Both the position numbers and the translations under genes were made by a program. A stretch of DNA of 64,000 nt from positions 35,016,935-35,080,934 of the forward strand of contig NC_092376.1 of NCBI RefSeq assembly GCF_030028105.1, in the 5' to 3' direction. A model generated the notes under the pieces. It made no database searches. It was not told where the DNA came from and was given only the letters and a program-made list of their open reading frames with translations. The DNA comes from Mobula birostris (taxonomy: Eukaryota). Below, piece after piece: positions 49,701 through 60,399 of the stretch (position 1 is the first letter of the stretch; every line of letters begins with the position of its first letter).

Positions 49701-50889
49701 TACCGATCGAGGGAATGAGGAAGAATACGGATTCGAAGGATGGTGTGCTGCACATGTGGTACATGCTGCCTTTCACTAACTTCCCCGTGATTGAGGAAGA
49801 GACCTTTGGCCCTTCTCCCACTGAGTCAGGTGTAGTGGGGAGGGCTAGCTGTGGGCAGTCTGGGTTACGGGAGGATCAGGAAGGAAAAGAAGCGGGACCC
49901 CGGACACGAGACAGGGGGCTCCGAGCTGTAATGGTCGCCTGAGTGAGAGAGGAGTTGGCAAGCAGGCCCAAGGTATCCCTAGTAGTGTCTGAGCCTTTTG
50001 GGTTTAGGTGAGGGGGTATGGAGGTCTCGGAAGGTTGGCCTATGTAGCGCCCGTGGGACGGGCGTGGGGTCCACTGTTTGGGGAGCACTGTCACTGTGTG
50101 TACCTGTGTATGTGTGTGTTGTGCGTCTGCAGGACTGGTTGGCGAGTTATTTAGAAGTCATGAGGGCATGACTTTTATTTGGTGGGGGGAGAGTGTACGG
50201 GGTCTTTTTTTTGGTATGTTAAATTTAAAATGGCTTCTTTGCTATGTTATAATCGGGAGTGCTTCTTTGTGCTGTTAAACGCTGAGAAAGCTTTGCGCTG
50301 GCAGCTTGTTGTGGGTTAAGGGGTGATAAGAGGATGTTACGAACCAATTGGGATGGTTGTTATGACTTCGGTGTATCTGGGAGATTTATATGCGCGGGGT
50401 TTTGGGGCAGAAGGCGGGAGAGCGAGGCAGAGGATGGACCAGATGCTGTGATGTCCGCTAACGGGGTCGGACCCCGAGGAGGGCATTTGGCAAGGAGACG
50501 GAGACGGACTCGTGTGGAGCGTCTGGTCGACCACCGTTATTAGTCCCAGGCAGCCAGTCGAGGTGGTCCGAGGGGTCGCAGGGTGAAGAAGGAGGTTCTT
50601 GAGCTCCAACTGTTCTGTGCACGAGGAGATTGAACTTTGATAACTGTGGCGCCTTTTATTTTCCTTTTATATTTTATTCTCTATTAATTATATAGTTCCA
50701 GTAATATCTATAAACTGTAAATCATTTAATCGTATCTGGTGTATTGTCTGTTATTTGGGCAGGGTGGGGTACATCACACAGCATCCAAACAAACTAATTA
50801 CCCAGTTTGGCGGGGCCGAGGGTTGTTTCCCTAGACGACAGCGAGCCAAGCGACCCTGAGGGTGGCGGGGGGGGGGGGGGGGGGCTACA
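46725..50889 (+). mobile_element. Non-autonomous Ty3/Gypsy LTR retrotransposon with PNMA-like gag and host-gene cargo
   Basis: TG..CA LTRs at 46725-47412 and 50194-50889. CTAT TSD. Degenerate tRNA-Pro PBS (TGTGGGCTTTGTCTGGGAT). PPT TGGGGGGAGAG. Remnants of gag ([18 protein letters not shown]), protease (AILNPGAQV) and RT (LDLRSG, PKGISGAPASF, LAYVDD). Confidence 0.93.
48940..49500 (+). pseudogene. Captured intronless myosin heavy chain rod (S2) fragment, MYH16-like
   Basis: One frame with two in-frame stops: [79 protein letters not shown]. Collinear with myosin II AELTAKKRKLEDEC..IDDLELTLAKVEKEK..TLDDLQAEEDK..LTK. The LKMTID..N is as I recall from MYH16. Confidence 0.85.
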
Positions 50890-51028
50890 CTATCAACATT
50901 AGAAAAGATTTTAGAAAGTCTCTCCTTTGTCAAATGATAACAATGTACAATTTTAAATTGAATCAATGAATGGCTAGCACAAGAAGAAGAGTTAACCAAC
51001 TTCAAAATTCGCATCCAATCCTTCGTCA

Positions 51029-51109
51029 TAAAACAACTTGTTTCACGGTATATACCAGTGGTATTCCGATTTAATACCACTGGTATATACCGTGAAACAA
51101 GTTGTTTTA
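51029..51109. repeat. Perfect 37-bp inverted repeat with 7-nt spacer
   Basis: 51029-51065 is the exact reverse complement of 51073-51109. Confidence 0.97.
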
Positions 51110-52330
51110 CAATAGCAGTATGTTGCAATACATAATAAACTATTAATTACAATAAAATTTTATATATATGTATATAAAAATCAGATGATACAGATCTTTA
51201 ATAATGAATGTCACCCTTTGGAGGATACCGTCAATGCTGGCGAGGCTAGTACCAATGATGGAGCTGGCCGACCATCAGCAGCGGCCCCTCCATAACTGAT
51301 GGTGATACAACCATTTTAGGTGCTCTCCATGGTATATCTGTAGAAATCTGGAAGTCTTTGGTGAAATACTGCTAACGAAATCTGCACTTTTGCCTTCAAA
51401 ATTGCATCAATATGTTGGGCACAGGATAGATCTTCAGGGATATTGACACCCAGGAACTTGAAGCTGCTCACCCTTTCTACTGCTGATCTCTCGATGAGGA
51501 CCGTTGTATGTTCCCTCGATTTCCCCTTCCTGAAATCCACAATCAATTCTTTGGTCTTACTGATGTTGAGTGCAAGGTTGTTGTTACAACACCATTCAAC
51601 CAGCTGATCTATCTCACAACTATATGCCTCCTAGAATGTAAAATTCTGCCAATAGTTCTGTCATTGGCAAATTTATAGATGGCATTTGAATTGTGCCTAG
51701 CCAAGGTCATGGCTGTAGAAAAAGTAGAGCAGTGGGCTAAGCATGCATCCTTGAAGTGCACCATTGTTGATTGTCAGTGAGGAGATGTTATTCCTGCTCA
51801 CTCTGACTGTGGTCTTCTGATGAAGTGAAGGACCTAATTGCAGAGGGAGGTACAGCTTCCCAGGATTAGGAGCTTGTTGATAGTACTGAGTATCATTGTT
51901 TTGATTGCTTAGCTGTAGGTACTGCTATTGTCCAGGTGTTGTAAGGCCAAGTGGAGAGCCAGTGAGATTGCATCTTCTGTAGACCTATTGTGGCAATAGG
52001 CAATCGCAGCAGGTCCAGGGCCTTGCTTGGACAGGAGGCAATTCTGGCTCTAACCAACCTTACAAAGCTCTTTTCAGTAAATGGGAGTGTAACTAGGCAA
52101 TAGTCACTCACCCAGCTCTTGGGCACTGGTAATGATTGTCCCCCTTTTGAAGCTGGTAGGAACCTCTGACTACAGCAGAGAGAGATTGAAGATGTCCTTG
52201 AACACTCACCTGTTGATTGGCATAGGTTTCCAGTGACCTACCATATACACTATCAGACTTACTCTCATTAAAGATGTTCTGACATCAGCCACCAAGACAG
52301 ATTATAGGGTCAACAGATGCCGTAGGGATT
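51068..52330 (-). mobile_element. Rex1/Babar-like LINE with deletions; its extreme tail lies at about 46008-46021
   Basis: IVDFRKGK...VERVSSFKFLGVNI. The 3' end resembles 8610-8689 and 43580-43670. Confidence 0.8.
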
Positions 52331-53487
52331 CACACAGGTCTAGTTTTAGTCTCCCTTTCAATGCATGCATAAGGTATGCATAAAATTTAAGATCAATTGC
52401 AACACCCATGAGAAACAAGCAGCATTGAAACAATTGGCCCCTCAACCCTGCTGTGCAATTCAATAAGATCATAGATAGACTATCCAATTTTGGCCTCAAT
52501 ACCAATTACCTGCTCTCTTCACATACACTTTGGCTCCATCTCCAAATCATATCCTAAAGTCATGAACACCACCCTACCCTTTTCTTTTGCAGCATATTTT
52601 AACTAGATTTCTCTGCACTCTACTGCTGCCAAAATATTTCATACCACAAGGACAATAAATCTGATTCTTCATTGCTCAAGTAGAAGAATCAGCCCTCACA
52701 GAAAATACATTCCTTTTCATCGGTCTTAAATAAGCTACCCCTTATTCCAAAACTATGCCCCTTGGAGCTAGATAAATTTACTTGGGGAGACATTCTCTCA
52801 TTATCCACACTGATCATCACTAAGGAGACAGGAGTCATAAGTCCACCCATTTTCCAAGCTCCATTGAGTGGCTATTCAACAGGTTTATCTCTGCAGAGAT
52901 GAATCTCCCCATGCCTTGTCAACTCTACAAAAGGTAAACTGAGCAAATGAAGAATGTAAATACATGTTAGCACAATTTAGCCCCTTCAAGCCCACTGTAT
53001 CCATGTGGGCATGTGGAATCAGTCTTGCTAAAGACATTTTACTGCCAGATCCTTGCACCCAAAAGTAGTGGGTTGTCTGATAGGATAATGAATCTATAAC
53101 AAGTGATGCTAATTTAAAGAAACAATCTCTACTATTAGTGATGACTGAGTACTCATCTATAGTTAAATTACAAAGGCTACACTGAAACAGGAAGGATCAA
53201 ATCCTTTGTTTGGCCATCACAAAGGCCTTAATTATGAATTCAATATGATCTCAGCACAATATAGGCCAAATTGTCTCATTAGAATGGGCTTTTTATTTTA
53301 AAAACTAAATTCAGATTATGTATTTGAATTTAGATTGCCTAACTCCATCATAGGATTTAGATTTATTTTGGAATTGTTGCTCAAGTCCTTATGTTGCTGT
53401 GAGACTGGCACCTTTGATGTGTCTGGTGTTGCATGCAATTTCAAACTTGATAGCATGAAAATAAACTTGCCTTGTGAAATTCAAACA

Positions 53488-53625
53488 GGAGAGTGTCTGC
53501 AGATGCTGGAAATCAAAGTAATATGCATATACACAGTCCTGTCCTGATACAGAGTCTCTACTTGAAACATCAACTGCTTGCACTTTTCCATAGATGGTAC
53601 CTGGCATGCCTGTGAAACTTTTCAG
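53488..53625 (+). mobile_element. Old Penelope pLTR fold-back remnant with degenerate hammerhead
   Basis: Inverted tail CTGCAGATGCTGGAAATC followed by GTCCTGATACAGAGTCTCTACTTGAAACATCAACTG...CCATAGATG. Confidence 0.55.
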
Positions 53626-54002
53626 GTTACATGAAGTCAATTATTTCCAGTATGCTGATTAAACAGAAATCATTTCTTGGAGGACAGCTGCAAAATGGCA
53701 GTTCATAATATCCATCCTTAATTCCCCTCCCCCCCCAGGGCTATACAACTGAAGCAGTTATTTTCTTCAAATACAGGTTAGTTAAGCAGGTGTTTCTTAT
53801 TACTACAATATCAATAAAAGCAAAAGTGTAACAATGTACAGATTTGACAGGAACCTGGTGCTGCTGAAACCCCTCCATATTTGGAATATCATTGCAAAGT
53901 TTACTGCTCTTAGTTACTTCTAAATCATTTAGATTGTTTTGAAATGTCTTCACCAAAATGACCAAGATCACAAACTGCAAGTTTTTTTTTTTTAAAATAT
54001 GC

Positions 54003-54008
54003 TTTATT
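54003..54008 (-). terminator. Candidate CCNA1 polyadenylation signal AATAAA
   Basis: TTTATT on the plus strand about 380 nt past the stop, with CPE-like elements just upstream. Confidence 0.55.
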
Positions 54009-54159
54009 GGCTGCCCCAATGCAGAGTACAATATATATTCGTTTCTCATCCAAGTAACTTTAGCTAAAACTGAGAGATGATTTACATTAAAATACATGTT
54101 ACTCAATATTTATAAAACTAAATGAATTTTGTGGATTGTTTAACTAAAATACTGGAGAC

Positions 54160-54237
54160 TAGGGGTTCCCAACCTGGGTCCTCTAACCCTTCTGTTTATG
54201 GTAGAGGTCCATGACTTTAAAAGATTGGGAACCCCTG
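54160..54237. mobile_element. 78-bp hAT MITE in the predicted CCNA1 3' UTR
   Basis: TAGGGGTTCCCAAC...ATTGGGAACCCCTG with CTGGAGAC/CTGTAGAC 8-bp TSD. Same family as 10730-10808. Confidence 0.8.
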
Positions 54238-54385
54238 CTGTAGACAAAAATTGCACCTTAGTATTCTAAAAGTCATTCCAGTCATGGCCTACAGCCATAT
54301 GGAGATACCCAGCAGCATTCCACAAATTATAATGTTGCCATGCCCAGTTTAGTCTATTTTGGTATCAACACTCCATTTTCATCCT

Positions 54386-54449
54386 TCAATTGCACTTCAG
54401 TTCCAGAGGCAAAGTTGCTGGGGGTTCAATGAGAGAAATTCCCAAGTAC
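54386..54449 (-). CDS. CCNA1: CCNA1 terminal coding exon
   Basis: CAG acceptor. (K)YLGISLIEPPATLPLELKCN*. Confidence 0.9.
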
Positions 54450-54522
54450 CTGGAGAGAAGCATTACATTTATGTGAAAAATATTTGCAGATTATATTGAA
54501 TTAAAAACAAAAAAAAACTTAC

Positions 54523-54656
54523 TTTGAGCTCTTGTACTTTTCTTTAATTGCTTGTTGTGGCTGGAATTTTGCTTGAAGAAATGTCTTATGCAAGTCATTC
54601 AGACAAGGTACAATATCAGACAGTGAATAACCAGTGAATGCAGCAAGAGATTCTGG
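54523..54656 (-). CDS. CCNA1: CCNA1 exon
   Basis: TAG|...|GTAAGT, 134 nt. [44 protein letters not shown](K). Confidence 0.95.
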
Positions 54657-55074
54657 CTATCAAGTAAAAATTACAATTTCATTAGTTTTCATTGTCAGTA
54701 ATCTAGAATTGCTTGTAAACTTTATTATGCAAAATACAAATCATTAGTGCTAGAAACTCAGCTCAAACTAGATGAAGATTTGCCCCAAAAATCCAGAGCT
54801 AGAATCAATTTTTTTTTATTAAAAATAGAAGTGTCAGTGTTCAAATTGAATTTTATAGGATAGGTTGGCTTTTCAAGAGTCAATCCTCTGAACTGTGATC
54901 CAATCCAAAATGTTAGTTTTATTGTACTTTAATTAGGATCATGCCTTCACCAAATTATTTTATCTACTGGCTAACAGTTCTATGTGATTATCAGTTTGAC
55001 ATGAAAAGGCCAGTATGAAGTGCTGTCTTCTCATTAATTCTATAGTACATGTCATTAGTACAAAAGATACTTGC

Positions 55075-55188
55075 CCAAAAAGCTTTATTGATTGTGTAGT
55101 TTGCCAAGCAATATGCAGCTGCTGCCATCAGGGAAGGAACATACTTGAGACATACATCAATTTCTAGTAAACTTAGTTCAGCTATATA
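55075..55188 (-). CDS. CCNA1: CCNA1 exon with GC donor
   Basis: CAG|...TGG|GCAAGT, 114 nt. [38 protein letters not shown]. Confidence 0.92.
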
Positions 55189-57166
55189 CTGTAGATAGAA
55201 GAAATATTGTTAGCTAATTAACTTTGCATATTAGATCATTAGTGATAAACTTCATTTTAGAGGTTGCACAAGACAAATTTATTCCAAACTTTGACTAATT
55301 CCAGTGCCAAAACCTGGAGGAACTCAATTTGAGCAACATCTATTGAGGCAGAGATAGTTGACATTTTGGGGTTCCGATGCCAACATCTAGTCTCTTGCAT
55401 CTCTACCAAATCTGGAAAATATCTGTTGACAAAGTTACAAATTCACCACAAATACTCAAGACTCCATTTCAATTAAAAAACAGCTTGACAAGTCAATTAT
55501 CTTTAAGCTCTTCAATCTCAAAATCTGCTTCTGGCTGTTTGAACATGTACTGATCTATCCCAAACTGGATTGTAATAAGCAAATCACATCAGTCAGGCTT
55601 TAATTATTAGTACTTGACATGCTTAAAGAAACACATTTGTCTTTAATGAACTGGCATATTCAAGTTATTGCCCTAGCAGTTCCTAGATGTCCAGAAGTTG
55701 AGTTTTCCTGTACAATCAAGTGCATCATCAATTAAATAAGTGGGCCACATTGCAGTTTGACATCTTAGATCAACAGAATGTCATAGGATCAGCAACATTT
55801 GTCACATGCAGTTAGATTCAATCTGGCCTCATCGCCCACTTTTCTACCCAAACTCTGGCCTTTGCAGAAAATAAACAAGTCTTTCTCTATATTCATTCCT
55901 TCTTTGAAGTCCCCTCATTACAATTTCCAGATCAAAGCACGATTCCTCTTGGCAGCTAGTGACCATTCCTCAAGTACATTCTAATGACATTCCACTGTGT
56001 CAGTACCTTATATACAACAATGACTTCAAATTTTCACACCATCAGGGAAAACATTCAATTTGCCACCCCATTCCCTAAACCCTCAAGCTTTACGGGACAG
56101 GACCTAGATAATGTGTAGCAACATTTAGTCTCTTTAAACAATGTTTCTATCATTTCCTAGAGTCAGTCTACTTGCCAAAATTTCACCCAGTTAAAATACT
56201 TGCAGCATCCCAAATTTGCTTTCCTACCTGCTCTGTATAGTCAAATTTGTCAAAATATCAAGTGCTTTTATCACACTTCTTGCAGCATGCCATCAAGAAA
56301 AAACTACAAGTTGTCATCTGTGCAACAATTGAGATCCTTAAGCACTTTGAAGTACTAACTTCTAAAGTGGTCCAGTCGATTCTTCCCCTACCCCCAAAAA
56401 ACAAGGATTATGAGATTCTGCTCAGTTGCAGAAGTATCAGCATCCCCCCCCCCACCCCAGATGAAAATAAGGCAATTGGCCTACGTTTCTAAATAAGGGT
56501 GTTACAATTCTTGTTTTCCCAATCCACAAAGACTAAGATTCTAGTGAATCTTCATGAACAGGTTGTGATCTTCCACCGTTTTCAGTCTAGAATGGAGATT
56601 CAAGTCCAAAGGAACTCAGATTTGTTTGCAGTGGAGCTTTAACCATAATTACCAAGTCCTATATTTACTTCCCTCCCCCCATCAGATGTTCAGTATTTTC
56701 TACAAAAACTAACAATTTCTTATTTCCTAGTCCCATCCTCTTGGGATATGTGTACCAAGAACCACAGCAGGCTAATTAACTGATTCACATTTGCCTTCCT
56801 CAATTTATCCTTACTGTAATATAAAACACTGCCATAAAAACACTCACAATCCTTCCAGTTACAAGATTCAATCCTCAACTGGCTTTAACTTTTAATTCTA
56901 GATTTTCCAATTTTGCTCTAGATATTAGATTTTTGAATCCAAGACTGATTTAACCAGCCAAATTCCTTCTAGTTTATATTTTAACACCTCTAAACTTGCA
57001 CTTTGGATGGAATTGAAGGGTAGACCTCTGAGGTTTGAAAACCATGTGTTCTCCAATGTGAGTTATCCACCACCTTTCTGATTAAATCCTGTGAACATCT
57101 CAACTATGGTACAAGTTATTCAGCAACTCCGCTGATTTAAAAAAAACAGGGGATACCATTTCAACT

Positions 57167-57479
57167 TTTTAGGCATCTGTTAGCCTTGTGAGACCATGGA
57201 TCTGCACCTGGAAAGTCTTCACTCTCCAGGGCGCAGGCCTGGGCAAGGTTGTATGGAAGACCGGCAGTTGCCTATGCTGCAAGTCTTCCCTCTCCACGAC
57301 AGTGATGTTGTCCAAGGGAAGAGCAAGGGCCGATACAGCTTGGCACCAGTGTAGTCACAGAGCAATGTGTGGTTAAGTGCCTTGCTCAAGGACACAACAC
57401 GCTGCCTCAGCTGGGGCTCAAACTCAGGACCTTCAGATTACTAGCCGAATGCCTTAACCACTTGGCCATGTGCCCACAC
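57167..57479 (-). mobile_element. Full-length tRNA-derived SINE in a CCNA1 intron
   Basis: A box TGGCCAAGTGG, B-box-like GAGTTTGAGCCC, GTGTCCTTGAGCAAGGCACTTAACC core. 12-bp TSD ACCATTTCAACT at 57155-57166 and 57480-57491. Confidence 0.88.
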
Positions 57480-57957
57480 ACCATTTCAACTAGCTCTTCA
57501 AATTCATTGGTCCTATTTTAGAGATAATTTAGAAATTAAGGGAAATCAACTCTTGTATTATATTCTTAAATTAGAACTGGTTGTTTTAGTTGTTTTGTTG
57601 GCAAGACCCAACATGTTTGTAACCAGTACCCCCAAGCCAATTGAATTATTTCTTGGAATTAATATTTGTATCTAAATGCCAAAACAGAACTAGTAAAACA
57701 TATTCACAACTTCAAATTATCAAGTTATTACACGGATTACGATTTTAGTCAATTTCTCGATTCATGCAATACCCCGAAACTCATGTCATTCCACGCCATT
57801 CAGCAGATTCATTTCTCTCTTGAGGGAACGACTGTTCGACCTTGGGAACTAAAATTAATCGTTACCTATTTTATTATTAGAAAAATAGATTTTCAGTTGA
57901 AAGAAACTTATACTAGCCCAGTTATTAGGGCCAATTTCACAAACCAATAGTATGTAC

Positions 57958-58162
57958 CATGGCCAGGTTTCCTATTTGTCCTCCAATTCCCTCTTCCTTT
58001 AAAAATTGTGTTAGGAATTGGTTGACTGTCGGTACCATCATGTCAAAGCTCAAAACCTTGAGGAGGAGATGCTCCATGCGCAAGAGTTGCTTCCTTGTGT
58101 ATGTGTCATCCGTTATGTAGACAAATTCATCAATTTCTGGGGGATATATTTCTTCATATTTG
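57958..58162 (-). CDS. CCNA1: CCNA1 exon (cyclin box)
   Basis: TAG|...|GTACAT, 205 nt. [40 protein letters not shown]...NLAM. KYEE and HLLLKV are A1-type rather than A2-type. Confidence 0.96.
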
Positions 58163-58231
58163 CTAAGGGCGAAATAAGTAGAGAAATTTAAAACTCTACA
58201 CAGCCATTGTTTTCGTTAGTTCGCAATTAAA

Positions 58232-58472
58232 GCGCAGGTGTTAGCTCGGTGCTGTTACAACTCGGCGCGTCGGAGTTCAATTCCATAAAGAGTTTGTACG
58301 TCCTCCCCTTGGAATACGTGGGTTCCGCCGGGTGCTCCGGTTTCCTCCCACGGTCCAAAGACGTACCGATTAATTGTTAATTGATCATTGCAAATTGTTC
58401 CGTAGTTAGACTAGAGTTATGGGCGACGCCTCTCGGAGGGTCAAGGAGGTCCTATTCCGCGCTGTATCTCTA
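58232..58472 (+). mobile_element. V-SINE in a CCNA1 intron, CpG-rich
   Basis: GGAGTTCAATTCC B box, GGGTGCTCCGGTTTCCTCCCACGGTCCAAAGACGTAC core and CR1-like tail. Confidence 0.8.
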
Positions 58473-58494
58473 ATTTATATTAAAAAAAACTTAC

Positions 58495-58718
58495 GATGCC
58501 ACCAGCATGGCCGCTGTCCCCACAAGTTGCAACTTTCCTCGTAGTACCGACATGCATGACAGGAATCTGTCTAAGTAGTTTATTGCCAAGTACAAAGTTT
58601 CCGTTTGCAAATCGTACTCCTCGCTGACTTCCACCAGCCAATCCACAAGGATGCAGCGCATACTAGTTGTTATATCTGGTTGCTTCCTCATGTAATCAAT
58701 TTTTGGCCTACTCCTCAC
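58495..58718 (-). CDS. CCNA1: CCNA1 exon (MRAIL-type helix, here MRCIL)
   Basis: TAG|...|GTAAGT, 224 nt. [31 protein letters not shown]...[23 protein letters not shown](S). Confidence 0.96.
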
Positions 58719-59149
58719 CTAGAAAGTTCAGATTTATTTTGTTAGCCAAGTTATACCCGATGTATAATAAATTAATAAATGAAGATATTTGCTTCTGCAA
58801 AAAGCTGTTTTTCATTGGAAACCCTCCGCTATACATGTCCATGATAATAAACTTGAATTTGGCCTCCATATCGAAATGAATTGTTCCTTGCCGTACCTGA
58901 CACGGTGAAAGCGAATCGTTGTTGGATTCGGGTGGACCATGCCGTCGAAGTGACGTCTCTAGTGGTTCAGAATAAAGATTTATCGACGTGTTTGTGTTAA
59001 CCCACGATACTCAAAAGCGTTAACTTTTGTAATGTTTTAAGTTACTAAAATCGTGTTTACATGTGGCTTTTAATAAGAGACAACTTTAACAGTCGGAGTG
59101 TGTGTTGGAAATAATCTCGACTACAGCAAAACCAGTACGCAGAACTTAC

Positions 59150-59262
59150 TTCGGCTTCTCGAAGGTATTGATGAATGTCTTCTGCATATTCTTCCACAGA
59201 AAGAAAATCTACATGTTCACAATTGAAACGTCGAACTGATGTATCTACTACCATTGGCGAAG
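59150..59262 (-). CDS. CCNA1: CCNA1 exon
   Basis: TAG|...|GTAAGT, 113 nt. (A)SPMVVDTS...VEEYAEDIHQYLREAE. Confidence 0.93.
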
Positions 59263-59425
59263 CTACAGAGGAAGCAGGTATTTGAAACGAGCGATAAAAG
59301 GATAAAGTAATACGTTTTAGAAGCCGAAATGTAATACTGTAGTAACAACAGAAAAGTGGCAAGGCATTAAACTAGTTAGCAAATGACAAGTAGGCTAATA
59401 GCTTTAGTTCAGATCGTGTTATTAC

Positions 59426-59681
59426 CTTCACTAAGATTCAAGAATATATCGTCGCTCGCTGGTTTGGAAGTATGACCAGTTTCCCCCAATCTGGTTTCCA
59501 AATTGGACGTCAGATTATGTTTTGCTACTTCAACCTCATCTTGGATTTCATCCTCCATGTAAATATTGAAGTTTGGGTGAGGTACAAAAGTAACCGAGCG
59601 CGCCCCAAAAACGGTGCTACTTTTAGTAGTAGTGATGCCATTTGTGTCCAGTGCAACGATACCATTGGGTTTCGGAGGAAC
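59426..59681 (-). CDS. CCNA1: CCNA1 exon
   Basis: CAG|...G|GTAATA, 256 nt, phase-compatible. Contains FNIYMED (cyclin A F.I..DE-like motif). Confidence 0.85.
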
Positions 59682-59798
59682 CTGATGTAGCAAGTTGGAT
59701 AGAAGCGGATGGACAAATCGGAATACAAAAGAGAATGTTTAAATAACTTTATAGGTTGTGCAGATAAATAACAGTTTTTGTAACCAAGTACTTATTAC

Positions 59799-59951
59799 CT
59801 GATAAAGTGAATGTATCTGTTGATCGTTTTCATTTAACACTCCCAAAACCGTTCGTTGTTTTTGAAGAACAGAACAATTTTGTGGGACAGAATAAATGTT
59901 CTCTTGATTAGCGTTGCTCCTTACAGTCCCAGCAACATTGTTCCTATACAT
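59799..59951 (-). CDS. CCNA1: CCNA1 first coding exon with destruction box
   Basis: ATG at 59951, CAG|GTAATA donor. MYRNN...NQEN...RTVLGVLNEN (D-box). The eight exons sum to 1263 nt, or 420 aa plus stop. Confidence 0.88.
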
Positions 59952-60039
59952 GACTGAGAATAGTTTTTCTTTGGCTCCTGAACTACTCAAAACAATTTCG
60001 GATTTCTACGACTGAGCACAAACCACACTACATAAATGA

Positions 60040-60260
60040 AACCAATTTTAATTGGCCTCTAAGCAGAGACTAACTCGTTCTGGTTCCATTTTATGTAACA
60101 AATTACTTTCAATCAGCCCGCGTCTATTAAACCCCACCAATCAGCTTCCGTTATTTATGCACATGTGCATTAAGTTAACAACTCCATGGTAACGCAGTAA
60201 ACTATCGGTTTCACGTGATTTCCGTATCGTCTCTGCGGCTGCGTGTTACCTAGGTGATGG
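60040..60260 (-). promoter_or_regulatory. CCNA1 promoter: CCAAT, CDE/CHR, MYB-like site, E-box and X-box-like motifs
   Basis: Minus strand ATTGG-TGGGGTTTAA-TAGACGCGGG-CTGA-TTGAA (60141-60108). TAACGG at 60153-60148. CACGTG at 60212. GTTACCATGG and GTTACCTAGG half-X-box motifs. Confidence 0.7.
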
Positions 60261-60399
60261 CAGCATCCCTGGGAATTTAAAGCAATCTGTCGAACTATCA
60301 CGAAGTGAGTCATACTGCGGGTAGAACGCAGTTAATCTTTGAAATTGATTATTTTTGTTAGTGTTTAAAATAGAATACGTGTCATTTGAAATAACTCCC

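Larger units (their letters stand above)
46022..51030 (-). mobile_element. L1-clade LINE 3' end (46022-46724 and 50890-51030), split by an LTR element
   Basis: SLIQFKIVHCYHLTKERLSKIFSNVDS continues into HCDRHKTETATLTHMFWSC...IARRAILLKWK (ORF2 C-terminal Cys/His domain). AATAAA plus A-rich tail at about 46022-46046. Confidence 0.88.

Noticed and set aside
54386-59951. Calling the cyclin CCNA2 because of its promoter
   Set aside because: Residues (FLSCMS, SKYEE, DEFVY, HLLLKV) and linkage to RFXAP and ALG5 indicate CCNA1.
59952-59990. N-terminal extension MSSSGAKEKLFSV of CCNA1 in the ORF track
   Set aside because: It starts at a TTG, not ATG. The first in-frame ATG (59951) gives a normal 420-aa cyclin A1.
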